Virus record (IMG/VR): IMGVR_UViG_3300042319_001462
Span: 1-64,000 of that record
Origin: an uncultured virus (IMG/VR IMGVR_UViG_3300042319_001462)
Taxonomy: Duplodnaviria > Heunggongvirae > Uroviricota > Caudoviricetes
Reading direction: 5' to 3' (one strand)
Length of the DNA stretch: 64,000 bases
In this document: in pieces, positions 24,635-34,507 of the stretch
How the letters are laid out: every line of letters begins with the position of its first letter
Position numbering within the stretch: position 1 is the first letter of the stretch
Notes under the pieces: generated by a model
What the model saw: the letters and a program-made list of their open reading frames with translations, nothing else
What the model was told of the DNA's origin: nothing
Databases searched by the model: none
Program-made: the position numbers and the translations under genes

Positions 24635-25742
24635 GATTAGAATCGACGAGATTTATAACAACACATTCAAGCCCTATATAAACAGGTTCATGCCCGGAAC
24701 TAGAATGTTCATGTGCGATCCGCCGGGGCGAAGCGATGCTGAGAGTTTGATCAATTATGGAAGTAGTGTACACGATTCTAATTATATATTATTTCATGAC
24801 CAAGAGCCTATTCATCTGGACACACACATTCCGTTATTTGAAGATGCAGTGAGACGAAATCGAGACTTGAATCAAAACACAGGCGCTACTCATCAAGCTA
24901 TTATCACTAGTGAATATCAAAGCCAGGCAGTTGAACAAGTATGTAGTCAATTTAACTGGCAGCACTACTATTACTTCTTTCATGGGTGGGCAGCACTGGA
25001 TTGGTATCGAGGGTACAATAAAACCTTTTTGATTCAGCCCTGGGCTGACCGTGTTCCTACCAAAACATTCATAGCCCCCAACAGGATCATTGCTGGACAC
25101 AGGGCACACAGATTGCAAATGTTATATTGGATATTTAAACTAGACATGATGGACAACCACATCAGTTGTCCCAAAACATGTCCAGCAGAAAATGTCAGTA
25201 TACACGATGCAATTTCTCCGCTATTGCCACAGTACCCCGACATAGCATCAGTATTTGCAAAACCACCGTTGCCGTTAAATTTTGCCGGAGAAGTCAATCA
25301 CCCCATGCACAGTTGTTGGTTAAGTTTGTTTGATGAATGTGCTGATAGTTTGCTGTATCTTGTGACTGAAACTGTGGCTCAAGGTCAGCGTCAGCACTTG
25401 ACTGAAAAGATATTCAAACCCATTGCCCTGGGTATGCCATTTATGGTAGTGGGCACACAGGGCAGTTTGAAATATCTGCGTCAATATGGGTTTAAAACTT
25501 TTGATGGGCTTTGGGATGAAAGTTATGACAACGAGCCGGACACCGCTGTGAGAATTCAGATGATAGCACAGACCCTTAAAGGCCTAGACTGCCTGTCACC
25601 GTTGCACAAGCAAGATATTTTTAAGGCAGCCCACAGCATAATTGAGCACAACTGGAATCATTTTTATAATGGTGGATTTGAAACAGTGCTTTGGTCTGAA
25701 TTTACAACGATGTTACAAAACTTGCGCAAAGATTTTTCATGA
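24633..25742 (+). CDS. putative glycosyltransferase-like protein, TEK-KP family
   Basis: VTET...LTEKIFKPI..G.PF...GF.TF...DESYD. Confidence 0.6.
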   Translation: MIRIDEIYNNTFKPYINRFMPGTRMFMCDPPGRSDAESLINYGSSVHDSNYILFHDQEPIHLDTHIPLFEDAVRRNRDLNQNTGATHQAIITSEYQSQAVEQVCSQFNWQHYYYFFHGWAALDWYRGYNKTFLIQPWADRVPTKTFIAPNRIIAGHRAHRLQMLYWIFKLDMMDNHISCPKTCPAENVSIHDAISPLLPQYPDIASVFAKPPLPLNFAGEVNHPMHSCWLSLFDECADSLLYLVTETVAQGQRQHLTEKIFKPIALGMPFMVVGTQGSLKYLRQYGFKTFDGLWDESYDNEPDTAVRIQMIAQTLKGLDCLSPLHKQDIFKAAHSIIEHNWNHFYNGGFETVLWSEFTTMLQNLRKDFS

Positions 25743-26917
25743 TTCACTTGTGTTACGATCAAGTTGGCCGCCCAAATCTAGCACTTGCAACAGATGGTAG
25801 TTATGATACCCAGTGGCCATTCACAGTGTTGCCAAGACTGAGTCTGTATTTAAAATCTCACGGAATACCCTGTGCAGAATCCACAGTAGAGCAAGCACCC
25901 CCGGGCGCCTGGTACCCCATTGGTATAAGCTGGTTTGATCACTCTTGTGATTACATGTCATTGATGACCCCGGCACTGATCAAGCGTGTTCAAAACAAAC
26001 ACATTCAATTGTTGTTTTACTATCACGAAGGAGACAATCCTCAATTGATAATCCAACGATTGAATCAATTGTGTGACACATATTCACTGCCACATGCACT
26101 ATTGATCAGTGCTAACACAGCAGCCGATCAAGTGTCACAAGGTATATACTTTCCAGATCACGAGTACTTTTTCCGACACATAAATCGATTCCAGGTCAGC
26201 CAACCAGCAACAAATCAACCACGTGACTATACGTTTACAGCACTGAGTCGAACACACAAATGGTGGCGTGCCACAGTCATGAGCGAGCTAAAACATGCCG
26301 GTTATCTAGATCAAAGTCTCTGGAGCTACAACACTCTGGTAGACATCAATGACTCTAACGAAAACAATCCCATACGTGCCTGGCACCCCAAACAGTATCG
26401 TCGTGTGCTAGAGTTCATTGCACACGGACCGTATGTGTGTGACACTGCCGATGCCGACAAACAAAACCAACACAGTGATGTAAATCTGGACCTGTTTACC
26501 AATTCTTATTGTAATATTGTGTTGGAAACACTGTACGATGTTGATCAGAGCTTGGGTGCATTCTTGACAGAAAAAACATTCAAGCCCATCAAGTATGGAC
26601 AGCCATTTGTGATAATCGGATGTGCAGGAAGTCTAGAGGCACTACGGGCACTGGGGTATCGCACATTTGATCATGTGATAGACAACAGTTATGATAGTAT
26701 TCATGACAATCGTGGCAGGTGGGCCGCAATACAGAATACCATTGCAAAAATCAATAACGAATTTGATCGATTGACCTGGTTCCGCCGTTGTCTTCCGGAC
26801 ATACTGCATAACCAACAGTTGTTTGCCAGTCGTGGACAACTACCATTAAATAATTTAATAAAACACATGGAGACAAAATGCCTAGAGTTAGCAGCCACAC
26901 CAGTTGGCAACCATTAG
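25739..26917 (+). CDS. putative glycosyltransferase-like protein, TEK-KP family
   Basis: VLET...LTEKTFKPI..GQPF...GYRTF...DNSYD. Confidence 0.6.
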   Translation: MIHLCYDQVGRPNLALATDGSYDTQWPFTVLPRLSLYLKSHGIPCAESTVEQAPPGAWYPIGISWFDHSCDYMSLMTPALIKRVQNKHIQLLFYYHEGDNPQLIIQRLNQLCDTYSLPHALLISANTAADQVSQGIYFPDHEYFFRHINRFQVSQPATNQPRDYTFTALSRTHKWWRATVMSELKHAGYLDQSLWSYNTLVDINDSNENNPIRAWHPKQYRRVLEFIAHGPYVCDTADADKQNQHSDVNLDLFTNSYCNIVLETLYDVDQSLGAFLTEKTFKPIKYGQPFVIIGCAGSLEALRALGYRTFDHVIDNSYDSIHDNRGRWAAIQNTIAKINNEFDRLTWFRRCLPDILHNQQLFASRGQLPLNNLIKHMETKCLELAATPVGNH

Positions 26918-27927
26918 AAGAAGTTGTTGTGGGGCGAGCCTACAGTCCAGACTACTTTGATTTCATCGAAGATGCACAAGTGCGAAATCAACTACAGCAA
27001 ATTCTTGCTGAAACAGCTGAAGATCTGGACAACTTGCAAAAGACCATTGAGCGGTACGGAGCAATTGTGCAACGCCCAGACTTGCCTGACAAAGACAGAT
27101 TTCAAAAGTTTCAAACGTTTGGCAGACCAATTCCGCTACCCCCATTGACTCCTAGAGATTGGCAAATCACTCTTGGCGAAACACTGTTACGCATACTGCC
27201 ATTAAAAGAACTGGATCATATTTGTGATCAGTACGGAGATCAAGTGCGCAGTCCTCATCATGATCACGGAATTCGGCACGTGGATGGCATACATGATCCT
27301 GACTGTGTGTTAGTCGGTGCCAGTGCCAGTTGTATTGTGCGAGTTGGCCTTGATGTGTTTTTTGACAATAGTGATTACTTGCGTCCAGATCAAACACAAT
27401 GGATTGTTGACAACTGCCTGAGCAAGCAACACCGTGTTCACGAAGCAGTTACAGATGGCCACGGAGATGCTGTTTTTGCCATTCTCAAGCCTGGTGTTAT
27501 CTTGTCAAGCAAGCACGATGAAAACTTGCACTTTGATCGTGACTTTCCAGGCTGGGAAGTCTTGCGTGTGTTGGATTCCAGTATTGATGCTGCCATTGCC
27601 ATGGGACAGTTTAAAAATCAAAGCAATGCAGGTGCTTGGTACATACAGGGACAAACACCTAGCGACAACTTCAAACAGTATGTAGACACATACTTGACTA
27701 AATGGACTGGCTTTGTGGCCGAAACAGTGTTTGACGTCAACTGCTTGGTACTAGACGAACAAAATGTCATCTTCTCAGCCTACAACAAATCAGTATTTGA
27801 TTTTTGCCAACAACACAAAATCAATCCCATTATATCTGAGCTACGACACAGTTATTTCTGGGATGGGGGAATCAGTTGCTGTACCCAGGACATCAGGCGT
27901 CGGGGCGGGCTTGAACGGTATCTTTAA
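26878..27927 (+). CDS. amidinotransferase (glycine/inosamine amidinotransferase fold)
   Basis: W.PLEEVVVG, PRD, HGD, FDVN.L, C-terminal GGISCCTQD. Confidence 0.85.
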   Translation: MPRVSSHTSWQPLEEVVVGRAYSPDYFDFIEDAQVRNQLQQILAETAEDLDNLQKTIERYGAIVQRPDLPDKDRFQKFQTFGRPIPLPPLTPRDWQITLGETLLRILPLKELDHICDQYGDQVRSPHHDHGIRHVDGIHDPDCVLVGASASCIVRVGLDVFFDNSDYLRPDQTQWIVDNCLSKQHRVHEAVTDGHGDAVFAILKPGVILSSKHDENLHFDRDFPGWEVLRVLDSSIDAAIAMGQFKNQSNAGAWYIQGQTPSDNFKQYVDTYLTKWTGFVAETVFDVNCLVLDEQNVIFSAYNKSVFDFCQQHKINPIISELRHSYFWDGGISCCTQDIRRRGGLERYL

Positions 27928-28129
27928 GACCCCATTTGATTTTTAGCCAAATGCGTTCATGGATATAATAGTCAATGCTTAACAGTATATGCAATGCTGT
28001 TGCAAATCCTGTGGCACTGGCAATATTTCCAGTAAACATATAGGTCCACAATATTGTAAATGACCAAGCGGTCAATCTATATGTGAGCATTCTTGTTATT
28101 GTTCGTTTGTGTGTTTCTACTAACTGCAT
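27893..28129 (-). CDS. small membrane protein, DUF2061-like
   Basis: ETHKRTI...TYR...YYIHERIW...WG. Confidence 0.75.
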   Translation of the reverse strand: MQLVETHKRTITRMLTYRLTAWSFTILWTYMFTGNIASATGFATALHILLSIDYYIHERIWLKIKWGLKDTVQARPDA

Positions 28130-29607
28130 ACTTTCACTCCGTATTGTTGTTCAAATCTATCTGCATCTGCTCGATTGTTGACCATGGGCTCACCACGTAT
28201 GTTAAGGCTGGTGTTGAGCAACATGGGGCAGTCGGTCATGACGTACCACTTTTCGAGCAGTTCTCTAATTCCACTTCCATCTCGCGGCACTGTCTGTACA
28301 CGACTAGTACCGTCAGCGTGAACGATAGCAGGAAATAAGTCAGGAACCCTGCAACGAGCGACTGACTGCATATACCTACTGTTGCCGAAACCCCCAGGCA
28401 TATCAAAGTAAGTATCAGCCAATTCTTCCAAAATAACGGGCGCAAAAGGTCTGAATTGTTGTCGTCGTTTGATGTCATTTACTTTCTCCTTGATTTCTTG
28501 ACCTCTGGGGTCAGCCAGTAAACTGCGATTTCCTAGGGCTCTGGGACCAAACTCAGCCCGGCCCGAGGCAACTCCTACAATTTTGTCAGCCAGTAGCCGA
28601 TCCAGGATACTGTTAACGGGATAGGGACCAGGAATATCATGACCCAAAAAAGCATTTTGCCAGTTGATTTTGCGCCCAAGAGTCAGTGCGGCAGCGCCAA
28701 GACTGCTGCCAGCATCACCCGGGCAAGGCATAATCCATATATTATCAAAGTAACGCCCTATTCGTGCATTGGCTGCACAATTAAGTGCAACCCCGCCCAT
28801 GTAAACCAGATTGTTGCTCCAGTTGAATTGTCTTGCACGTAACATCACATTTAGAATCAACTGCTCTGCCAGTTCCTGAGCACCAGCAGCCAAGTCCATG
28901 TCATTTGATTTTTCAAGATAAGATTTGTCTATTCCTGTGTGCAGATTTTGTGTAAACTTGATATTCCATTCGTCGGCAACAAAATCATATTTAAACTTGT
29001 TGGACATTTTGCGGTCGCCATATGCAGCCATGCCCATTAGTATATACTCTTCGTCTAGTACACGTAGGCCAACGCGGCCAGTCGCTGCTGAATAAAAGAG
29101 TCCGATGCTATGCGGATAACACTGGCTCCACATCTTGCGATAATGCGCTTTACCAAATTTATCATATTCTGCCGCCCATATTGTTATTGTGTCAAATTCC
29201 CCAATGGCATCAATTACCACCACAGTAGCACGATCAAACGGGCTGGTTTGGAATCCACCGGCTGCATGACTGAGATGATGGCTGTGCGTGCTGATGCGTG
29301 CTGGCAACGTGACCAGGCCGCCTAATTGATCATTGATGATGCGTCTAGCTGTTAACTTGTTCCATTCTATGCCCTGTCCCGAGTACAATTGTCGCAACTG
29401 TTTCAACCATGGTCGTTCATAGTAGGCAATCTGATTGATTGTGTTGCCATAATCCACGGCATCTTGAATCAATTCAAGACATAGGTTTTCGTCATTTTTT
29501 TTCTTGCTGTAGCGTTCACTATGTCCAGCAAACAAGATATCACCCTGGGGAGATATCACTGTGGCTGCCGCATCATGAAATCCAGCTGCGATTCCCAGTA
29601 TATTCAT
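28120..29607 (-). CDS. carbamoyltransferase (NodU/CmcH family)
   Basis: HDAAA, HHLSHAA, GGVALNC, EFGPRALGNRS, RPFAP, LLNTSLN.RGEP. Confidence 0.95.
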   Translation of the reverse strand: MNILGIAAGFHDAAATVISPQGDILFAGHSERYSKKKNDENLCLELIQDAVDYGNTINQIAYYERPWLKQLRQLYSGQGIEWNKLTARRIINDQLGGLVTLPARISTHSHHLSHAAGGFQTSPFDRATVVVIDAIGEFDTITIWAAEYDKFGKAHYRKMWSQCYPHSIGLFYSAATGRVGLRVLDEEYILMGMAAYGDRKMSNKFKYDFVADEWNIKFTQNLHTGIDKSYLEKSNDMDLAAGAQELAEQLILNVMLRARQFNWSNNLVYMGGVALNCAANARIGRYFDNIWIMPCPGDAGSSLGAAALTLGRKINWQNAFLGHDIPGPYPVNSILDRLLADKIVGVASGRAEFGPRALGNRSLLADPRGQEIKEKVNDIKRRQQFRPFAPVILEELADTYFDMPGGFGNSRYMQSVARCRVPDLFPAIVHADGTSRVQTVPRDGSGIRELLEKWYVMTDCPMLLNTSLNIRGEPMVNNRADADRFEQQYGVKVCS

Positions 29608-29705
29608 TTGTAGATAAATGGGTCTCGTTTGCGTAACTCTTTGAGCTTTCGGCGGTAGTGAATTTCCAATTTGATTCGATTGATTATGTTCTTAATCCAG
29701 TTCAT
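29604..29705 (-). CDS. small basic protein (33 aa, ends KRDPFIYK)
   Basis: AAGGA SD; ATGA overlap with the carbamoyltransferase start. Confidence 0.65.
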   Translation of the reverse strand: MNWIKNIINRIKLEIHYRRKLKELRKRDPFIYK

Positions 29706-30780
29706 GTGTGCGTCCTTGTTCAATAATGGCCACTTGTGATGCCGTAAAATTGCTGTCACTCCAGTGATAATCGTATGTTGCCACAGCATCGCTGGTACGA
29801 ATACTGTATACATCCAAATATTTATAGAGTTGTTGCCACACAGACAAATAGTCCTGGGTTCCAAAACTACTGTGCAAATCAATCTGCGCCACTTGTGGAT
29901 GTCCAATGGTCAGAGCTGGATCTTCCGGATCAAATCCATTATCTCGTAGCCATGATCTAAATTCTGCCAACTTGCGCACTTGCCAATCACGTCCAGCAGG
30001 GTTCACACCCCATTCAATATCAAAATCTCCAGCAGCTTCAGTCTGACTGCGCAGGGTGCTGGTTGTTAATTCGTCCACACTGCGACCTTCATCATTAAAC
30101 ACTTCCCAATGATGTTTGCCCACTGCTTTGTTGACCCCAACAAACACCCCGCCCTGAGCACGATTAATGGTATCAACCCCAAACAACTCATAGTCGTGTT
30201 GATCTAGCACAAACCTCGGTGCATGCAGCCAGCACATGAGTTGACTGGGACGTTGCCATTCTGGCGCTGTGTGTAGTTTTCTATTGCTGAGTACCCAGGA
30301 TTCAAATTCATGACACAGCAAATTCAGCTGTCGTATGTGCCAGCGAGTGGTGCCGTTGGCCGCAGTGTACAACTGGCTCATTTGGCCACTGACCCCTTGA
30401 AGGTCTTCAAAGTATCTGTGCAACATGTTCATGCGTTGCTGGTTGACCATACCCCCAGGGGTGTGTTCGTCAAATGGTCCGGGAATCAAACAGTCACTAA
30501 GTGAAAAGTGATCATGTATTGTGTATCCCAGATCAGCTGAATTTATTGCCTGGATGCTGGTGTTTATTTGGTCTAGTATGTACGCACCGTTGCGCTGGCT
30601 TTGTGCAAATCCCAGAAAACAGTAATTCTTTTCTAGATGATAGTTGTTCTTTAGCAATTGATTCAGTGCGCCAAGCCATTTGCGTGACAATGATGAATCC
30701 ATTACGTCAATGTGTAATGGTAATAAATTGCCTGTGCGTATATCACGCAGGGTCATTTGAATTTTATCAAGCAATTTCAT
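29692..30780 (-). CDS. hypothetical protein, paralogue of 177..1064
   Basis: Long ORF in the operon; MNMLHRYFE...LNLLCHEFE...GKH motifs. Confidence 0.8.
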   Translation of the reverse strand: MKLLDKIQMTLRDIRTGNLLPLHIDVMDSSLSRKWLGALNQLLKNNYHLEKNYCFLGFAQSQRNGAYILDQINTSIQAINSADLGYTIHDHFSLSDCLIPGPFDEHTPGGMVNQQRMNMLHRYFEDLQGVSGQMSQLYTAANGTTRWHIRQLNLLCHEFESWVLSNRKLHTAPEWQRPSQLMCWLHAPRFVLDQHDYELFGVDTINRAQGGVFVGVNKAVGKHHWEVFNDEGRSVDELTTSTLRSQTEAAGDFDIEWGVNPAGRDWQVRKLAEFRSWLRDNGFDPEDPALTIGHPQVAQIDLHSSFGTQDYLSVWQQLYKYLDVYSIRTSDAVATYDYHWSDSNFTASQVAIIEQGRTHELD

Positions 30781-32059
30781 CCCACCATTTCTTTATCTTG
30801 GGTCTTGCACTCAGTATGTCTGACATTGATGTCTTTGCTGTGCGAATGTTTTCTAATTGTAACACACGAGCTTTGCCTTTTGCAAGCTCTTTCTGATAGG
30901 TATCCGGCCATTGTTCTTCAAACGTTGGGCGTGTTTTTAACTGTGCCAGCACATCGCGCATGGCGGGCTCTGTACAGTTTGGAATCAATTCATCAATCCA
31001 GTCTTCCAATAGCGATCTTGGCAATGCCAGTGGACTCATGATAATATCTGGTCCAAAGCTGAATATGACCTTGGCCAACAAGTCCACATTGTATTCCTGT
31101 GCCAACTGCTGTATGTTCTCAACTTCAAACATGCCCGGCAGCGTGAGTGTGAAATCTAATCGCATTTGTCTGCGGTGACGTTGGTGTGATAATCCTGCTT
31201 CAAAGTTGTGTCTAAACTGCTGGTAGTCAAGCCCTGTTCTAATGTATTCACCGATTGCTCCAGTGCCGTCAAGGCTCGCGCAAATTTGCCAATCTCGTAC
31301 ATGATCCAAAATATCACTGTAAAGATTACACCCCCTATAATTAACACGGCTAAGATTGGTATTGTATCTAGCATATACTTGCCCTCCATCCCCTAATTCA
31401 ATTATGCGTTGCATATAACGCCAGTGCTGTTCGTACATGAGTGGTTCGCCGCCCACCCAGTATATTTCCTCCACACTGTGCTGTTCTACTGCTGTGGAGA
31501 ATTCTGCTTCGATTTGCTGGTCTTGAAATTGAGATATTTGTTCACGTATTTCCGGCAATTGCCAATTGTTTTTAGAGTTGGTCCAGTCAACCATGTTGTG
31601 TGTTTTTTGCTCGGCTTCCCAACTGCTGGATAACATGTCACCACACATTCTACACTTGAAATTGCACAAGTTCGAAAATCTATAGTCCCACGACACTGGC
31701 CGCATGGTTGTAGATCCTGATTGGTCTGTTGATTCATATACTTGATCTAGTTTGTGTTGGAACAAATGCCAAAAGTAATCTCGGTACACACTGGTATTCA
31801 GCAGTTTGTCATTGCATACTTCACACTCGGGCAAGGATTCCCCGGCCAGCATGCGTTGGCGCACACTGCGCATGTGGTCACCGTTCCAGTGTTGTTCCAG
31901 TGTTATTGGTATGTATTGCCCAGAACCTGCCGCAGTGTCAATATACTGACGAAAGTTTTGCGCAGGTTCTCTAGACGCACAGCACAGCCGCCGTTCGGTT
32001 TGCGGACTCAGGTATGTGTGAGTCCACGGGGCCAGGCAAAGACTAGATGTTTTTGACAT
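30767..32059 (-). CDS. radical SAM protein with N-terminal twitch-like domain
   Basis: N-terminal CLAPW...CC...CxxC; CNFKCRMC; GGEP; YNTN. Confidence 0.9.
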   Translation of the reverse strand: MSKTSSLCLAPWTHTYLSPQTERRLCCASREPAQNFRQYIDTAAGSGQYIPITLEQHWNGDHMRSVRQRMLAGESLPECEVCNDKLLNTSVYRDYFWHLFQHKLDQVYESTDQSGSTTMRPVSWDYRFSNLCNFKCRMCGDMLSSSWEAEQKTHNMVDWTNSKNNWQLPEIREQISQFQDQQIEAEFSTAVEQHSVEEIYWVGGEPLMYEQHWRYMQRIIELGDGGQVYARYNTNLSRVNYRGCNLYSDILDHVRDWQICASLDGTGAIGEYIRTGLDYQQFRHNFEAGLSHQRHRRQMRLDFTLTLPGMFEVENIQQLAQEYNVDLLAKVIFSFGPDIIMSPLALPRSLLEDWIDELIPNCTEPAMRDVLAQLKTRPTFEEQWPDTYQKELAKGKARVLQLENIRTAKTSMSDILSARPKIKKWWDEIA

Positions 32060-33251
32060 AATTCAGCAATTGCGACAATTTGGGTATGGCCCATTTTAAA
32101 TCAGTGTCACGACGTTGATCCAATTGGCGTATTTCTGCGCAGATTCTCTCACCCGAAGTGCTGGTTCCTTGATTCATAAAATCAATGATTCCATCAAAGT
32201 CAGCACGATATTCTGTACTGGCTTGTTGTAGGTACTGTGTGATTTCTAGCTTGGCATGTGCAGGCAAAGCAGCCACACTAAAATACCAAGCATCATGCAT
32301 GATATTCCAGTACACAAAGTCAAAGTCCTGTAGGCTGATCCACAATGCAGTGTCTTCAAGATAGCACACATTAAAGATATTCACAGTACTACAGCATTGC
32401 AACTGTAGGTTGGGCATTTGAGTCCTTAACGCCCGAAAACGATCAAGATTATCTACTACCTTGGGCCAACTGGCGTTGGTGCGTTGATATTCAAATCTTG
32501 ACCCTACATCGTCGATGCTGATGGCAATTTCCACAGTTTTAAAATGTTTCCAAATTGACGGTGCTTGATCTGGGAATTGTGTTCCATTTGTGTTGTAATG
32601 TATTTCCACGTTGCCAGCAATGCCACGATCCACCATGCCTTGCAACATGTCAAAATGTTCCTGAATCATAAATGGCTCGCCACCGGTGAATTCAATATAT
32701 TTGATCTGACTCAATATTGAATCAATTTCCTGCCAAAAATTCTTGTTGTCCCTAGGCCAAGCCCCGGCACGTAGCATCTGATAATGAAATGACTGCTTTT
32801 GTTCCTCACGTGGCAAAAAGCTCAGTTCTTCTGTGGCAAATTGACTGCTACTCCACGATCCACATATACGGCATTTTAAATTGCAAATGTTGCCTAGTTT
32901 TAAATCCAAGAACATCAGGGGCTTGGCATGTGCTGTCCAGTCTGTATCAATGCCCATGTGTTTGAGTCTGTCCAGGGTGTGCATGCGTTTGCTGGTGCGG
33001 CCAGCATCTTCCTCGTTCCAGCACTTGCGGCATGTTTTGGGCTGTTGCCCCTGAAGGAATTGTTCACGCAGAGATTGCATTGATTTGGAATTTTGCACAG
33101 AGGCAAAGTCAGCAGTTAACAATGAGAACTTTTGACCAGCATCATCCACCAGCTCATCATCAGCTAGACAGCAAGGACGCACAGTTCCTATGGGACTGGC
33201 TTCCAGACTGACCCAGGGCAATACACAAAACTTCTCATGAGGCAGGTTCAT
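32043..33251 (-). CDS. radical SAM protein with N-terminal twitch-like domain
   Basis: CVLPW...PCC...CxxC; CNLKCRIC; GGEP; YNTNG. Confidence 0.9.
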   Translation of the reverse strand: MNLPHEKFCVLPWVSLEASPIGTVRPCCLADDELVDDAGQKFSLLTADFASVQNSKSMQSLREQFLQGQQPKTCRKCWNEEDAGRTSKRMHTLDRLKHMGIDTDWTAHAKPLMFLDLKLGNICNLKCRICGSWSSSQFATEELSFLPREEQKQSFHYQMLRAGAWPRDNKNFWQEIDSILSQIKYIEFTGGEPFMIQEHFDMLQGMVDRGIAGNVEIHYNTNGTQFPDQAPSIWKHFKTVEIAISIDDVGSRFEYQRTNASWPKVVDNLDRFRALRTQMPNLQLQCCSTVNIFNVCYLEDTALWISLQDFDFVYWNIMHDAWYFSVAALPAHAKLEITQYLQQASTEYRADFDGIIDFMNQGTSTSGERICAEIRQLDQRRDTDLKWAIPKLSQLLNYVKNI

Positions 33252-34507
33252 TTTAGGGCCTTTAATTCTGGGATCACATCTAGAATGTTTTCTTTTCTAA
33301 TGGTATCTAGCTCATGTGTTTTGCGCCAGAATGTATCAATTAAATGAGTATTATCTGTTGCGTTCATAAACGTAATAGCTGACTCAAATCCTTGGGTGGC
33401 ACGACCCAGGCGATCCTGGGGACGAAGCCATTCTAGATGCTGTGTCCACTTTGCGTGTAACTGTGCTTTGTATTTCAACGGAGCAATATCAATCCTGTAG
33501 TGCTGTGGATCTTGTAGTATGTTTACATTGAGATCTTGTGCGCGAATCAATCCTTGGTCTACCCAAGCACGATGAAACTCTGACAGATGCATTGCATTCA
33601 TGATGCTTAGTGTAGGCGAGATGTAAAAATCCACGTCGGGACATGTGGCCAACATATCTATACGGTTCTGGCGCACCACACCCCAGTCTGTGCCTTTACG
33701 TATGTATTCACCGCGTGAGCCCATGTCGTCCAGGCTGGCACCCACTGCAACTGATTTAAATTGCTTCCAGTATTCAAATACACTGCGACCTTTAAGGTCT
33801 GTATGTGTGAAGTTTGTGTTGTATATCAGTCTGACATCTGTGCGCCCACGTCGAACCAGTTCTTCCAGGATATTGTAGTGTTCTTCCATTAATAATGGTT
33901 CACCCCCGGCAAAGTATATTTGTTCCACATAGTCTAAATGGGGAATCAATTGAGTCCACATGTCTGTTTCTGTGCGGCCTGCGTAGTTTAATACTTTGTT
34001 TTGTGCTTTCCAATCTCCGCCAGCTAACTTGGCTTGATCTTGATACCAGCTTGAACTAAAGATATGGCCACAGCTACGGCAACTTAGGTTACACAAGTTG
34101 CTGAAACGAATGTCCCAGTAAGTCATTTCAAACGGGTTGTCTTCCAACTTCTTGATCTGATGCCCGTGATGTTTATTGGCGCTCTTACGGCCACTAAAGA
34201 ACCCCGATTCTTCTTGCTCGTAGCAACGTGTGCAGGCAGCATTGGGCGTTTCGCTTAACATATCTGCACGTAGCTTTTGCATGGGTTTGCCGCGCCAGAT
34301 TTCCTCAAGTGTGTTGGTTCTACAGTTGCCTACCACACCCGGCTTCATTTCAGCATGACAGCAAGGATATGCTTCGCCTGTGGGGTATGCGTGTAAGTGT
34401 ATCCAAGGATAGATACAAAACGTTTTTGAATCTTTTAATAAAAATTCCTCACGCTCGGTCAGCTCTGTGGCATGTACTAGATCTGTTGAGTTGTAATTGT
34501 ATGTCAT
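33248..34507 (-). CDS. radical SAM protein with N-terminal twitch-like domain
   Basis: CIYPW...PCC...CxxC; CNLSCRSC; GGEP. Confidence 0.9.
   Translation of the reverse strand: MTYNYNSTDLVHATELTEREEFLLKDSKTFCIYPWIHLHAYPTGEAYPCCHAEMKPGVVGNCRTNTLEEIWRGKPMQKLRADMLSETPNAACTRCYEQEESGFFSGRKSANKHHGHQIKKLEDNPFEMTYWDIRFSNLCNLSCRSCGHIFSSSWYQDQAKLAGGDWKAQNKVLNYAGRTETDMWTQLIPHLDYVEQIYFAGGEPLLMEEHYNILEELVRRGRTDVRLIYNTNFTHTDLKGRSVFEYWKQFKSVAVGASLDDMGSRGEYIRKGTDWGVVRQNRIDMLATCPDVDFYISPTLSIMNAMHLSEFHRAWVDQGLIRAQDLNVNILQDPQHYRIDIAPLKYKAQLHAKWTQHLEWLRPQDRLGRATQGFESAITFMNATDNTHLIDTFWRKTHELDTIRKENILDVIPELKALK

Noticed and set aside
26878..29705. Saxitoxin-like biosynthetic cluster
   Set aside because: Only generic amidinotransferase and carbamoyltransferase families are present; there is no SxtA-like PKS or other core gene
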